64,000 nucleotides of DNA from Eledone cirrhosa (lineage: Eukaryota). Position 1 is the stretch's first letter; each line of letters opens with the position of its first letter. The notes under the pieces were generated by a model. It was not told where the DNA came from. It ran no database searches and saw only the letters and a list, made by a program, of their open reading frames with translations. Positions 1 through 14,274 of this stretch are shown piece after piece. Made by a program: the position numbers and the translations under genes. The stretch is taken from positions 366,048,001 through 366,112,000 of the forward strand of contig OZ024741.1 of NCBI GenBank assembly GCA_964016885.1, given 5' to 3'.

Positions 1-647
1 AGTCAGTAGGCAAAACTTAGTAGTATTAGTAATTCAAGAGGTCAGTCTTGTTATATTCTATCACGTAGGATGTCACGGGAAACTATGGTAACAGTGCACG
101 TGTCTATAGAATAATCTAACACTTGCACGTTTGATCAGAAGTTACTGTGGAGCTAGACAAAAACAAGAACTATGAGATTTGCACTTGCCAGTGCTTGGCG
201 TGCGAAAAATAACGTTATGTCCAACAACATAAGCTTTGAGTGGGGCGATGGGGGCGGGGGCATTGTACGTCTATTGTAAGGATGTCCGGCTTAAGAGCAT
301 AGAATCAGGAGTTTGTTTCCCGATGGCGTATTGTGTGCTTGAACAAAACATTATTTTATGTTATTCCAATTCACTTAGATGCCAAAAATGAGAAGGTAAA
401 CCCTAGTCGATAGTAAAGACACTTTACTAAGTTACCATTTGTGAAGCCAACTCCTTAACTATAAAGCCAGGCTTGCGTAAATGGGAATAAGAACAAAGAT
501 TCCGGACAATGCTATTAAACAATATAGCTATCTAATCTCTAAAATGACAACATAAAACAATAGAGAATCTAACGAGAATACTCGAAACATACTGACATGC
601 ACATTACTATGTATACTACACAGAATTAAGAACTGCATGTCTATTCG

Positions 648-697
<50 letters not shown>

Positions 698-906
698 ATA
701 TATATATATATATTTCATTATAATCGATGATATATATTTTCATAGATATGACTGAAATATGAAAAATAGTGAAGATATTGGAATAACATATTCGTATTTA
801 TTATTAATAATTATTTTTCGTATTTATTATTAATAATAATTTTTACTTTGGCACTTCATCTGACTAAGAATCCTGAATAGTTGCATCTCTCTCTCTCCCC
901 TTCTCC

Positions 907-980
<74 letters not shown>

Positions 981-983
<3 letters not shown>

Positions 984-1169
984 AAAATGTACGACCCCGA
1001 CGGCAGAGCTCAAGCCGTTTTGACGGGTATTTCCAGAAATAGCCGTCGAAACGGCTTGAGCTCTGCCATCGGGGTCATACATTTTCCTATTACCCACTCT
1101 ACTACCCTAGGTATTGAGTACTCTTGTGCGTTATGGTCCATCTGGTTCCTTACCACAACTCCTCCGTTA
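981..1169 (+). mobile_element. Family A fold-back element (putative Penelope-like remnant) between (TA)n tracts
   Basis: Inverted arms 981-1033 / 1036-1088, then an ~80-nt unique tail (tacccactctactaccctaggtattgagta...) ending in (TA)n. The same family recurs 7 more times in the window. Confidence 0.7.
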
Positions 1170-1173
1170 TATA

Positions 1174-1234
<61 letters not shown>

Positions 1235-1236
<2 letters not shown>

Positions 1237-1736
1237 TTCATTTCTCACTCTTAATACGGCACTTACTTACTATAATAATTTCGTTTCATTCTATTCCATT
1301 TATCGTTTTCGGTGTGCCCGGCCGACTGAACTCACTTGATATGCAAATTAGGCTGCTGAGCTGTTAATATGCATAAGGAAAGTATATACTTTCAGACGTT
1401 CAACTATCTGGCAGGAAGGTATACGATGCTGACGATAGCTAATAAGCTTGAAACTAGTACATCGTTCCTGTGTCAGTGTTGAACAAAAAGGTGACGTGGT
1501 TGCCTAAACACTGTACGGCGTATTCGGGCTGTTTGTTTGTTTACAAACAAACAAACCGAACATTATAATAAATGTTCGGTAAACCGATACGTGCATATAT
1601 ATATGTGTGCATGTATGTATATATATACATTCTACTGTACGTCTGTATACATATATGTATGCACGTATACATACATACTTATATTTAAGGAAGTGCCGTA
1701 CTAAGAGTGAGAAATGAAATTTCGTTTCATTCTATT

Positions 1737-1740
<4 letters not shown>
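1235..1740 (+). mobile_element. Family B hammerhead-bearing retrozyme/PLE-like element, 441-bp unit with terminal redundancy and 5' inverted piece
   Basis: aatttcgtttcattctattccat occurs at 1277 and 1718. 1235-1269 is the reverse complement of ~1686-1720. Flanked by (TA)n; homologous copy at 46466-47079. Confidence 0.75.
1423..1465 (+). ncRNA. Minimal type I hammerhead ribozyme
   Basis: acgatg-CTGACGA-t agct aata agct t-GAAAC-ta-GTA-catcgt: perfect 6-bp stem I, intact core, palindromic ACTAGT stem III. Confidence 0.85.
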
Positions 1741-1795
<55 letters not shown>

Positions 1796-2509
1796 GATGT
1801 AATCAATTTGAAACTGTTTGGACCATTACTCACCAGCTTACTCGATATTTGGAGTAGTAGAATGTGATTACATTGTAAAGAGTCGAGACCCGACAGCTGA
1901 GCTCTTGGCGTTTCAACACCTAGTTTCATATATACATAGACGTATGTACATAAGTGTATACACATATATAGAAATACATAGACACATATATTCCAATCCG
2001 AACTAATTTCGTATAAGGTAATTGTGTCTCGTAATCTGTTTTATTATAAGATCACTAGGAAAGGATTGTTTTTCATCTTGTGTTTATCAGTCTTAGGCAA
2101 ACATTTTATTGTTTTACTTCGTATTCCAAACTTTAATTAACATACAGATAAAAATCAAATGTCAATTCTCTATGGCGTCGCTGAAATTGTCAGAAAGATA
2201 ATAATTAAAGCAGGTATTGATAAGAGTAAACATATTTACGTTTATATAAGTGTTTTTGGTAAAGTCGATACCATGCGATTTTAAAACATGAAAATTAAAC
2301 CTTTTACACTTTTAACTTATATTTCATTATATTTCGATGTTAGTTTCTGTTTTTATGAAGAAATGAGCACCATATGTCGCCAACACATCACTCTTTTGAA
2401 AAAGAGTTCTTAAACTCGAAGTATCAGGAAATGTAAATGTGTAACATGTTTTATTGTTTTACTTACGCTACCTTTTTCTAATGTGCATTTTTGTTTGATT
2501 ACTGTCATT

Positions 2510-2760
2510 TCCAACGGCTAGTGATCCAGTTGATACAAATAGAACAGCCTCATCCTGAAATTAATATGCCGATAACTGAACAATCCACAGGCACATGTAC
2601 CCTTAATGTAATTCTGGAGGGGATACAACAATGTTTTGGCAACTGATTGAACTGGAACACATGAAATAAAGTGCCTTGTTCAAGGACAAAATGCACCACA
2701 GGAAATGGAACTAATGACTATAAGATCGTGAGCTGAACACTAACCAATAAACCACCTGCT
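2510..2760 (-). mobile_element. Degenerate tRNA-derived SINE (CORE-like family)
   Basis: The reverse complement matches the head and gtccttgaacaag body seen at 18395 and 26668. Confidence 0.55.
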
Positions 2761-4319
2761 TTCCCATTTGTATTGCGAGGCCATACTAATATATCCATAT
2801 CATATATCTGATAATGCGTCATAGTTATGTTATTTGGACAGTGCTCTTCTAAACTAACAATCTCCGTGTTTCCTTCGTTTACACACACCTGTTAAATTCG
2901 TAGCTCTTTGATAACTTATTCCCTTTAGATTTGTACTGTTAGAATGAATTTACGGTATCTCGGTGGTTGCAGTTATTTTCAGACTTGGTTCATTAAGATA
3001 ATGAAACACTCATTTTCAATTGACAGATTCTATTAGATAGTCGTTACAAGGGCTGATGCTACTCTTAAAGCCAACGCGGTAGTCGTATATGATGTATAAT
3101 TTAACCTTAAAGGATCAAAGCCTTATAAAAGTTGTACATTTTCCTGCTATCTGTAAATTAATCCCTAAATATCTTTGCCGTGTAGGAGCTTTGTCAAAAT
3201 ATCCAAAGTGGTGGAGTGGTTCATATAGTCTAATAACCTGTAATAAAATTTAGCGTGAGAGGTTATGGTATAAGTACTAGTAAATATAGGCTAGTAAATA
3301 CAGGCTTAGCCATATTGTTAGTGTTCCTAGTAAGAAGTTTCAATATATAGATTTGACAGCTTGCCAAACTGTGAGTTGAAATTATTCTCTGTTGCAGAAT
3401 GTGGCGTAAGGTACTTAATAAGTAGGTACTAGCCTTGCTCATACTCCTGGTTCGTATTAAGGTATAGTATACTCATCTAAGCCAATGAGAATCTTTTTTT
3501 TTTTCCAGTTGCCACTAAGACACCCATCAACACATCGGCTATATATGACCTTTTGACCTTTTAGTAAGATACATATATTTCTCTTGAAGTCGGAAAAGGG
3601 GTGTTGTAAGGAATTTGAGATTTCAATTTATCAAGATATGATAAAAGATAAAACAGCAATAAATACTATTTGCATTATACTCTTATACTGTCATATTTAT
3701 AGAATAGACTGATCCACTGAGAACTGCGTTACAAAGTTAGAAGTAATGTAAGGTAAAGAAATGATTAATTCCTTGTATTTAAACTCTGAATAATATTTCA
3801 TAGCGGCACGTAGTCTTGAGTCAATAGATTCATAAATTTGTTACAAAGAGAAAGTAACTAACTGTAAGAGCAAGCAAGAAAGTGTAAAAGTGCATCAATC
3901 CTCAGGAGCCTTAACCCCTAATAAACAGTGTAAATGATGATAAATGAAACTAGTCGAGTGTATTTATTGATTATATTCCTGTGACAATGATTTGGCGTTT
4001 GTCCATTTCTTTGCCAAATAGATTAACCAAATTAGTATATTATTTGTATCCTTATAAAATATTTACCCTTTATTTTTTATTTCTATTTAGGTTTCTTTGG
4101 CGTTTGAGATATAGTGGAAAAGAGGGGATTGTAATGCGTAATATCCATGCCTTTCCCTTAGGCATTGACTGATCTAAGTGATATAAAAGGGTTCTAATCA
4201 GAAATTAGATCGGTGTGGGGTAGGAGTTGACTTCACAGCCATACAACTTTCTTTCCGGTGGAATTAACGATATATGTGATATGTAATAGTTTAAGCTGGA
4301 AACGCAACCCTGATCCCCC

Positions 4320-4351
<32 letters not shown>

Positions 4352-4490
4352 ACATATATATATTTATAAATATATACATAATACATAAATATGAGTGCGT
4401 TTTTGTGTATACATCAATGTGTAGGCACGCACACACACATAAATGTGTATTATTATATTATATATGTATATAAAACACATACACACACAG

Positions 4491-4529
<39 letters not shown>

Positions 4530-4532
4530 TTT

Positions 4533-4611
<79 letters not shown>

Positions 4612-5065
4612 TTTACACACACACATATATATATATATATATTAGCATTAGCACTTATTTACATACGCATTTACTTGTGTACATTTGCGTATTTACCATA
4701 GCATACCATATCCTATTATATATACATAGGTATATTTATATTGAACCATGCACAGTTACACATTACACGCATTGATCTAAAACCATTTAGAGCTACAGGA
4801 AATATTGCCTTCCGACGCTGTTTCCTTCTCAGATTTGAGTCATTGAAAACCTGTTAGATCTGTTGATAACACTTTATGGTTTCTTTCCAAAGGTCTACCT
4901 TTGTCGTCGTACTATAGAATGTTCTCGGAATTATTCAAATGAATCTTTCGTTGAATCACTTCTCTGACGATCTGTTAACAACATTTGTGGAAGAAGCGAT
5001 GGTAGTGTTTGTCATTATAAATATGTCTGTGTGTGTGTGTGTGATAGAAAGAGTGAGAGAGAGAG

Positions 5066-5099
<34 letters not shown>

Positions 5100-5104
5100 A
5101 AGTC

Positions 5105-5381
5105 TAAAGTCTGTCTTAAGCCAGAAGGCTCACTTGGCCGGTGCTTATCCCGGTTACATGGCGTGAAGCGACTGAGAGTATAAGACGCTCCCCTGGACAG
5201 GACGCCAGTCCATCGCAGGGTTAAACGTCCAGCTATTGCTGGTACTCATTTCCAGCTGAGTATACTGCAGCAACGTGAAATGACGTGTTTTGCTCAAGAA
5301 TACAACACGCAACCCAGGAATTGAACCCACCACATCATGATCGTAAGTCCAACACTCTTACCACTAGGCCACGTGCCTCCA
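5105..5381 (-). mobile_element. tRNA-derived SINE with CORE-like body
   Basis: Minus strand has A box tggcctagtgg, B box ggttcaattcc, then ttcttgagcaaaacac and a (agacttt) repeat tail. Confidence 0.7.
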
Positions 5382-5388
5382 CTGTGTG

Positions 5389-5425
<37 letters not shown>

Positions 5426-5476
5426 ATGTGAGAGAGAGAGTGTGTGTGTTTGTGTGTGCATATGTGTGTATGTGTA

Positions 5477-5511
<35 letters not shown>

Positions 5512-5554
5512 CTGTGTGTGTGTGTGTGTATGTGTGTGTGTGTGTGTGTGTGTG

Positions 5555-5597
<43 letters not shown>

Positions 5598-6650
5598 AGT
5601 AATGGCTGTGGTTTGTAGGGTTTTGTTGTTGTGTGTACGCGTGCTTATGTGTGTCAGCGGTGTATTTTTACGTGCTACTGAATGTGTGTGTGTGTGTATG
5701 TCTGTGTGCCAATGTGTGTGTGTGCCAGTGTGTTTGTGAGCCAGTGTGTATGTGTACCAGTGTGTGTGTGAATGTGATTTCAGCACACAGTTATCTATGT
5801 TTCTGGGTATGGCTGTGGACGTGTGTATGTTTGTAACTGTGTGTGCGTTTCGATTTTATTGGAAGCGAGAAATAACTAGTTAGTTAGATCAAAACCAAAG
5901 TTTTGGTTGCTAAGAGCAATTCGATGAATGATTAAGATCCCCGTGCAACAAACTTTCATTGCCAGATTAACACATACGGTGAGGCTAGCTCCCACAATTT
6001 AGCTCTCTTTCCTAGCCAAAGGAAATCAATGAAACTCTGGCATTATATGTGAGATAAATTTATTTATTTATTTATCAGTTGTTTTTTTTTTGTTGTTGTT
6101 TTGCCTTTTATTTGCTTGTTTATTTTATTTCCTTATATTCTTGCTCAAGATGATATTATGATACCTTACTTAGAATTGTGTTTGGTCGAAATACTACCAG
6201 ACATTTTGCAGAATAATTATTATTTAGATTACATTACATAACGATATGGTTAAGAAATGACTGTCGACTGGAACATATAATATAATAAATTACTTTAATA
6301 TTGGCCAAAGCCAGCAATTTGGTTGAAAAGCAAAGTCGATTATCTCGACTCCAGTAATTAACTGGTATATTATTTTATCAAGCCCAGGAGTATAAAAATC
6401 AAAACTCACCTCGATGGGATTTGATATGAGAACGTAGAAAGTCGTACCGAAAAAGAAAAAAAAAAATGTTGTCCAAGGCTCTACGCACCCTCCAACATAT
6501 TCTATATTAATACGACATATTTGTGTGTGCATATGTGTGTGTATTTATGTGTATATGTATGTGTATATATATGCGTATATATATATATATGTGTATGTGT
6601 GTGTGTATGTATATATGTATATATATATATATATGCATATATATATATAC

Positions 6651-6715
<65 letters not shown>

Positions 6716-6718
<3 letters not shown>

Positions 6719-6941
6719 AAAAAGAGATGAAATTGAAAATGCAACTGGAGTCTTATTTTTTTTTTTTTTTCTTTAAATATATATATTTATTTCCAAATAA
6801 ATATATATATTTAAAAAAAAAAAAAAAAAAAAAAAATAAGACTCCAGTTGCATTTTCGATTTCATCTCTTTTTCTTTATACTTTCACTCGTGTAGGACAC
6901 CTCGGTTATTTTTCATTTTGTAAAAAAAACCTCACTTTCTA
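6716..6941 (+). mobile_element. Fold-back element between (TA)n tracts
   Basis: Inverted arms ~6716-6790 / 6795-6877 plus a ~65-nt unique 3' extension. The short arm ends at a TATA microhomology. Confidence 0.65.
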
Positions 6942-7877
6942 ATATATATATATATATATAACAGATGCCTTCATTTACAACTCTTCAGGTCTTCTGGTGG
7001 TGAATTCTGAAACCTTAGGGTTTTCTTGTGGTGGCTCTGATCGAATTTCCTGGGGTTTTGTCGATTAATCTTTAAACCTTTTTTACTAACTTAGGTACTC
7101 TGGTATATTGAACACGAGACCCGCCCCCACGAGACCATTCCAGAAATAAGTGGGTGACAAAGAAGCAAAAAAAAAAAATAAGAGCCCCTAAAGACTCTGC
7201 CAATCTACCGGCTTTGTAGTCGAACTGAATTATATGCATTTGAAGATCTGCTAAATTACCTTTAGTCAATGTAATATTTATTTAAAGCAATGATTACATA
7301 TTAAGCTCAATATGTTGTTAGCTAATGCATCTTAAGGATAAGCGTCTGTGTTTGCTCTTTACAGCACTTCCTTTATTTTCACAACACGGTATATATTTAA
7401 ACCATGTATATACACACATGTACACACACACACACATACACACACACCCATACACACACATACACACACATAGATACATATATTCACACATACATATATA
7501 CACCTATTCAAACACACATGCATGCACACTGCATTCATATATAAACACACATGCATACTCAAATATACATATATGCACAAACATACATACACACAGTAAT
7601 ATATACATATGTACATAAACACATGAATGAACGTTCCGTCAACTTCAACGATGTGTGTTCTAGTTGTTCGATTAAAAGTATATACCATGTAAGTGATTGT
7701 GTATTTCACAGACATGTCTTCCTTTAGCATAATTCTCACGGAAATTTGACACATTGTCTCAAGGCTAGCCCTATGAACTACAGGTACAACTCATTTTATC
7801 TGCGGAGTGAACTGGACTAGAACAACGCGAAGTATAGTGAATTAAAATTTTGACCTTACGACCCTACGCTGAACATT

Positions 7878-8136
7878 CAGGCATGGGCAACCTCTTTTCG
7901 AGAAGCGGACATCATCAGGCGGACCACAAGCGCTAGTTTTCATTCATGCCCACATAAAAAAGGGTTGTTTTGATTTGTTTCTTCAGACTTCGTGTACATT
8001 GTTTTCCTCGGTCGTAAAAATGATAGAAAGATAAATTACGACTAAAACGTTGGGTAAAAATATCAGAAAGATTTCACTTAGGTGACTTAGGCGAGTCATT
8101 CAGAAAGTTTCGTGGGCCGCAGGTTGCCCATGACTG
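7878..8136. mobile_element. hAT (Charlie-like) MITE
   Basis: TIRs caggcatgggcaa / ttgcccatgactg; second copy at 40942-41236. Confidence 0.8.
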
Positions 8137-10319
8137 TTCTAAACACTAACACATACCTTCACAACACATACACACACAGGCAGGCAGATAGACACAATAT
8201 AAAGTACATGTCATAAGATCTTTAGCTACATCTTTAAGAATGCTTTGCTATCATAAGATTTCGTAGTCGATCCAACTGGCTTATATTTTGGGCATCTGTA
8301 CTCTGACTTCGTGTCGACCTAAACCTTATAAGTAGAATTGGGTAGACGGAAACTATGTAGAAACCTATAGAATTGATTTTACCTGCAATTCAGACTTGTC
8401 ACACTGTGTTACACGGATACGGCTTGAGAATTACGTTTTGGGTACAGGTGTATGTGGAATACTCAACCATATACGCGTTAATTAACGTACTGGGCGTTCA
8501 GTTGATCGAACAACTGAAGACTCATTGTCCAAAGCGACGGAGCATCCGTATATTGAATTACTCAAATGATAGTCATAATTATTTGCAAGAAGTTGATAGT
8601 AACTATAACAAATTATTCACATGAATACGTAGTAGTAGAGGCAGCATGACTGAATGGTTTATGTTTCGCTTTATTCTCACTGCCTGACATCTTGAACAAG
8701 TGTAATTAATCATAGCCTCGGTCCGATCAAAACCTTGTCAGGGAACATGAGCGGACGGAAATTATTTGGAAGCTTCGTTGGATGAACTTTACCTACAATT
8801 CAAAGGGCCATCCTTGCCATACAGTGTGTCACGCTCAACCTCTCTGAGAGTTAGTTTAAAGGTACATGAATCTCTGAAATGGTCAGTAACTTGCACGTTA
8901 ATCTCATGAGTAGGCTGCTCCGTTGATTGAACAACTGGCATATACAGCTTTGAATCCGAATCCGAAAGAGGTCCATTTCAATAAGTACTAATCAAGTACT
9001 GGAGTCGATCGAAAAAGGCTGACTCCATATTTAAAATGTGTGGCCTTGCATCTAAGTTAGAAAGCAATCTAATATTTAGGTTTTTTCTTAAAGAAGTGGT
9101 AGCTGATGTTTCTGAGGATACTTGGCTATTTCAGCACCCTAGCCTCACTATCATCCGCGCCAATGGCGTTAATGTCTTAGCTTGACTTAGAAAGTCTTAG
9201 AGAGAAACACCAGCATTCTCTGTTTAACTGAGTGTGCATTTCTTTTGTTCATATTACTTTCCCTAAGATATTCATGAAATGGAATATATTATATATGCAT
9301 TAGAAACACACATTCGCACATGCCCCACTCCCATATAGATATCATTTTAAATAGAAATATAGATTGCTTGGAAATTGCTAAAATGGTTTTAAGCTGAATA
9401 TATTTAGTCTGCATAGATTCATCATATGTTTGTCATGTTGAACATACATTGTTACACATTCCACAGTGAATGAGATCAGTTTATTGTCTGTGGAGTTATC
9501 TTAGAAGTGCGTGGTAAAAATAGCTTAGAATAAATGTTATAAATAGTGTAACTAATTCTAAAAATAGTAGGAGAGTGTTGAAGTGACAATCTAGACAGTC
9601 TTAGCCATTCAATTTTAGTTTTCAATTTGGAAACTGTTCAGAAACAAAACTACTTAACACTTTCAGTGTGATATTTTTAATGAAAGACACAGCCTATGGT
9701 TTTCAAATCATATCGAAAATAATCAAAGATAACTAAATTTCTTATTATAAAGCTGGTGTTTCGAACACAAATGGACACATTTGCTTAGATGAAATTTTAA
9801 TGGAAGCTTTTTAGATACATATAAACACTTTAGAATCAACAGCATTATATTGTAGAACTAGATGAGCAGTCACGGGGTTTGGTATCAAAAAGATTGATAA
9901 GTTGTATTTTTCATTAAAATTAAAACCCGTGGCCAAATTTAATCATTAAGATAATGATGTTTCTTCTCACTATGTATGGAATTTTATTTAATTGAATTTA
10001 ACATTCTTTGGCTCACTATTATATTTCATAGATTCGACTTGATTACTTTTTAGGTATCTTTAAACCTGAATACATTATTATAACTCCTAATTGTCTTAAT
10101 GTAGATAAAGCAATAATCTTTTTTATATCATATTCAAAAATAGCACAAACACCAGACATAAACATAGTTATAATAGAAATAAATATAATAAATTCACAAA
10201 ACCTATTAATATATATCAAATGATTATAAAATCGAATTAATAATTTAGATAGTACAATTTGTTATATTAATGTGACATTGCGGTCGGAAGTTGACGAGTT
10301 TTGACTCATTATTATTAGA

Positions 10320-10512
10320 AGGGCGGTGGATTGGCAGTATCGGTAGAGGGTCGGACACCATGCTTTCCAGCATAGTTACGTCCCTTTACCATCTGAGTTC
10401 AAATCCCGCCGAGGTTGACTTTGCCTTTCATCCTTACGGGGTCGATAAAATAAAGTACCAGTAATGCACTGGTAATTGCTGGCCTTGTGCCTAAAGTAGA
10501 AACAATTATTAT
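10320..10512 (+). mobile_element. tRNA-derived SINE, abundant family
   Basis: A box tggcagtatcgg, B box gagttcaaatcc, conserved gcctttcatccttacggggtcgataaaataaagtaccag, (ATT)n tail. Confidence 0.85.
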
Positions 10513-10800
10513 TAGATCCTGAGCTCCATCAGATTCCGAGGCATTTTAGGCAAATGTAATTTACCATGGCCTCATGTTGACCTATACAATATGAGTGAAA
10601 CTGAGCAGACGGAAACTGTTTGGAACTCATTTGGATAGATTGTACCTGAAATTACATGATGACATAGATTGTCCCACTGAATCTCAGTGAAAACTACTTT
10701 CAAAATATACATATTTAAAAAATACTCTCCCACTGAAACCGTAATTTCATGAAAAACCCGTTTTTTTATCATACAACTGGAATACTCATCGACTAAACCG

Positions 10801-11470
10801 ATAAAGAATATGTATAACACAGATGAATGAAATAGGTGTAGGTTATGTGAAAAGATGGCAGAAAGTTTGACATACATCGTGTGTGCCTGTGGCCTGCTTG
10901 CGCAGAGAGAATATAAACGGCGTCACTATAAAGTGTGCTTACACCTCTATTTGTTTATATGCAAGAAATATGGGTTTGTAACATCTGAGAAACGGTATCA
11001 GTACAAACCAGAGGAGGTCCTAGAAAATGAGATTACACAACTCTTGAAGGAATTTACAATCCAGACAAATAGAATTATTGAAAAACAAGGCCAGACTTAA
11101 CTTTGGTGGAGAAAGGTACTGAAAGGAGGTGTTTGTTGATCGATGTAGTTTGTCCAGGAAACTATTTGATCAAGGGTAAAGAAAACGAGAAAATTGTAAA
11201 GTATGCAGAACTGAAAATAGATTTGGAGAGATTGTGGAATATGAAAGCTAGAGTGGGATCATTGTGATTGGAGCATTTGGGTCGGTGACAGAGAACCTCC
11301 AGAAAATCCTTGATAGAATTTTAATCAGCATTACGATATTGCTGAACACAGCTCTTTTGGGAAGAGCAATATCCTGCGGAAAGTATTGTTTACATGAAGT
11401 TACATAACTTGATAGGAAGTTCATTAAACGATCCAGTTTTAATAAGAGCATCATTGTGAGAAGGAATATG
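10801..11470 (+). mobile_element. R4/Dong-clade non-LTR retrotransposon 3' fragment (zinc knuckle + RLE nuclease), degraded
   Basis: Translation gives CRLC..ESLTYIVCAC..LAQREYKRRH, then frameshifted RPDLTLVEK...LLIDVVCP...KENEKIVKYAEL..LERLWNM, ending near ILRKVL. Confidence 0.85.
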
Positions 11471-11479
11471 ATTATTAAT

Positions 11480-12080
11480 AATAGTTCTACTTTCGGTACA
11501 AGGCCAGCAATTACACCAGTGCATTACTGGTACTTTATTTTATCGACGCCGTAAGGATGAAAGGCAAATTTAACCTCGGTGGGATTTGAACTCAGAACGT
11601 AAGGGGCCATAACTCTATGCTGTACAACATGGTGTCTGACGCTCTACCAATCCACCGCCATATGATTATTAATAAGGGTTTCTTATTTAGGCACAAGGCC
11701 AGAAATTTTAGAAGAGGGGGAAAACGATTAAATCGACCCGTGCGTGACAGGTACTTTATTTTATCGACCCTGTAAGGATGAAAAGCAAAGCTAATTCAGA
11801 ATGTAAAGGAACGTTTACGTTCTGAGTTCAAATCCCGTTAAAGTTAGCTTTGCCTTTCATCCTTGCGGGGTCGATAAAATAAAGTATCTGTAATGCATTG
11901 GAGTCGATTTTATCGACTTCACCCTCCCGCAAAATGACTGGCCTTGTGCATAAATCAGAAACCATTGTTATCACTATAGTTTCTAGTTTAGGCACTAGGC
12001 CAGGAATTGGCGGGAAAGTGTGTAACACCTAACTTGACTGGTACTTTATTGTATCAACCTCCGAAGAATAAAAAGCAAAA
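11480..12080. mobile_element. Cluster of four SINE copies or fragments (same family as 10320), including a back-to-back inverted pair
   Basis: The conserved SINE body occurs on minus at ~11480-11660, 11678-11810 and 11975-12075, and on plus at 11812-11970. Confidence 0.75.
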
Positions 12081-12539
12081 TTAAATAAAATTGTCTAAAC
12101 GCGTTTGGCTCTTACTTCGCTCATATGCTTTAATATCCCGGACTATTTTCATAAATCACTTTGCATCAACGTTCTCTGCAAGAAAAAGAAAACAAAACTA
12201 GAGAGTCAAAACATGCACTAAATATTTATATAATTAGTTTTAATAGTCGTATTTCTTACAAGTTGTCATGGCTGGAGATTTTAACTCGCTGTGCCTGAGC
12301 AATCGATATCTTGTATCTTGTATGACGAATCCAAAACTAAAAATCGTTACTGGACCATGATCAAACTTACAACTAAACTTGACTGCATATATGTTCTTTT
12401 GAAGATTCGCCAAGAAGCATACGTCTAATATAATCCTAATTAATTTACATCTGAAGTTTAAGCGCAATCGATTACAATTTTCTGTTTCCTATTACACAGG
12501 AAAGTATAGTATGCAGTCACCAAGCTAATAATTTTTTTT

Positions 12540-12970
12540 CTAATTTAGCCACAAGGCCAGAAATACAGAGGCTGGTAGTCGTATAAATCGACTTCAGAAC
12601 ATGACTAATATGTTATGTTATCGGCACATCTACCAACCCCTTCATTAGAAGGATGAAAGGCAAAGCTGACAGAAACGCTATTAGAATGTAAAGTGCTGGA
12701 ACAAATACCGCGAAACATTTAATCCGAAACACTGGGCGAATCTACCAATTCACCATCGTTACTCACCAACCAATAATGGTTTTTGATTTAGGCACAAGGC
12801 CAACAAATTTGGGTACGGGAAAGTCGATTAAATCGATCCCAGTGCATTACTGGTACTTTATTTTATCAAACCCGTAAGGAAGATTTGAACTCAGAGCGTA
12901 AAGGTCCGTAACTATATGCCACAAAGCATGTTGCCTGACGCTATAATGATACTGCCAATCCACTGCCCTA
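12540..12970 (-). mobile_element. Two tandem SINE copies (family of 10320)
   Basis: aggcacaaggcc...ggatgaaaggcaaag and tttgaactcaga...ctgccaatcc motifs. Confidence 0.7.
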
Positions 12971-13339
12971 CTCACAAATAATTACTAATAATTTAGACAG
13001 AAAGTCCAACAATTTGGGGATACGGGTGGAATTTTTTTTATTTCATTTAACTGCAGTACTTTACTGGTATGTCATTTCATTCAAATTAAGTCTAGTTAAT
13101 TTCAATCACAGTTTGGTCTTGATAAAGACGCTTGCCCACGAAAACACTCTGTGAGATCGAATCTGAGACCTTATGTCTGCGGAGTAAAGGCCTTAAACAT
13201 CTGACCATGTGGTGTTCACATTGTAGCCTATGAGCTAGTCATGTAAGGCAGTTTATGGCCTCTATTTCAGGTACTTTGTTTAACCTATGAATACATTATA
13301 TAGGAGGACAGATAAGACTTCATTATATAGTGCATTATA

Positions 13340-13732
13340 AGGGCGATGGATTGGCAGTATCGGTAGAGAGTCGGACGCCATGCTTTGACGCATAGAGTTA
13401 CGGCCCTTGCCATTCTGAGTTCAAATCCCGCCGAGGTTAACTTTGCCTTTCATCCTTACGGGGTCGATAAAATAAAGTACCAGTAATGCACTGGAGTAAT
13501 TGATGGCCTTGTGCCAAAAGTAGAAACAATTATATAGTGCATTGGCGGTGGATTGGCAGTATCGGTAGAGGGTCGGATGCTATGCTTTGACGCATAGAGT
13601 TACGGCCCTTGCCATTCTGAGTTCAAATACCGCCGAGGTTAACTTTACCTTTCATCCTTACGGGGTCGATAAAATAAAGTACCAGTAATGCACTGGGTAA
13701 TTGCTGGCCTTGTGCCAAAAGTAGAAACAATT
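13340..13732 (+). mobile_element. Head-to-tail SINE dimer
   Basis: Near-identical copies at 13340-13532 and 13544-13732, bounded by ttatatagtgcatt present three times. Confidence 0.85.
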
Positions 13733-14230
13733 ATATAGTGCATTGAGGAGATTATTTATAGGATTTACATAATAGTAAAGGCTATAACAAGACTATAACA
13801 AGTGTTATTGTATTTAGCTGGTTCTGTAAGAAATCTAGTTCGTATTATTTAACGGATAATACACTTTATATAATTCTTGTAAAGTAAAACAAAGCTCTTG
13901 AGTTTTATTAGATGGTTCTTGGAGAAAACTAGCCTAGCTCATATTATTTGTCGGACATCATATTTGCTTTGATAAATAAGCAAATTCTCCTTTCATTAAT
14001 GACGCTTGAGTTAGTGAATAAATGTCAAGGATAGAGGTGGGTTTATTTGACATTCATTCCATGGAGGTGTTGTGGTACACACACCTATCACTATAAATAC
14101 AGAAAGATACGCAATAGCCAAGAGAATTTGTAAAGAGAGTAGGAGAGAAAGGAAAGAGACAGTGAGGGAGTTAGACAGATAGTGAGTGTGCAGGGGTTTG
14201 AGGAAAAATAGAAAGATAGATAGGTAGATA

Positions 14231-14274
<44 letters not shown>

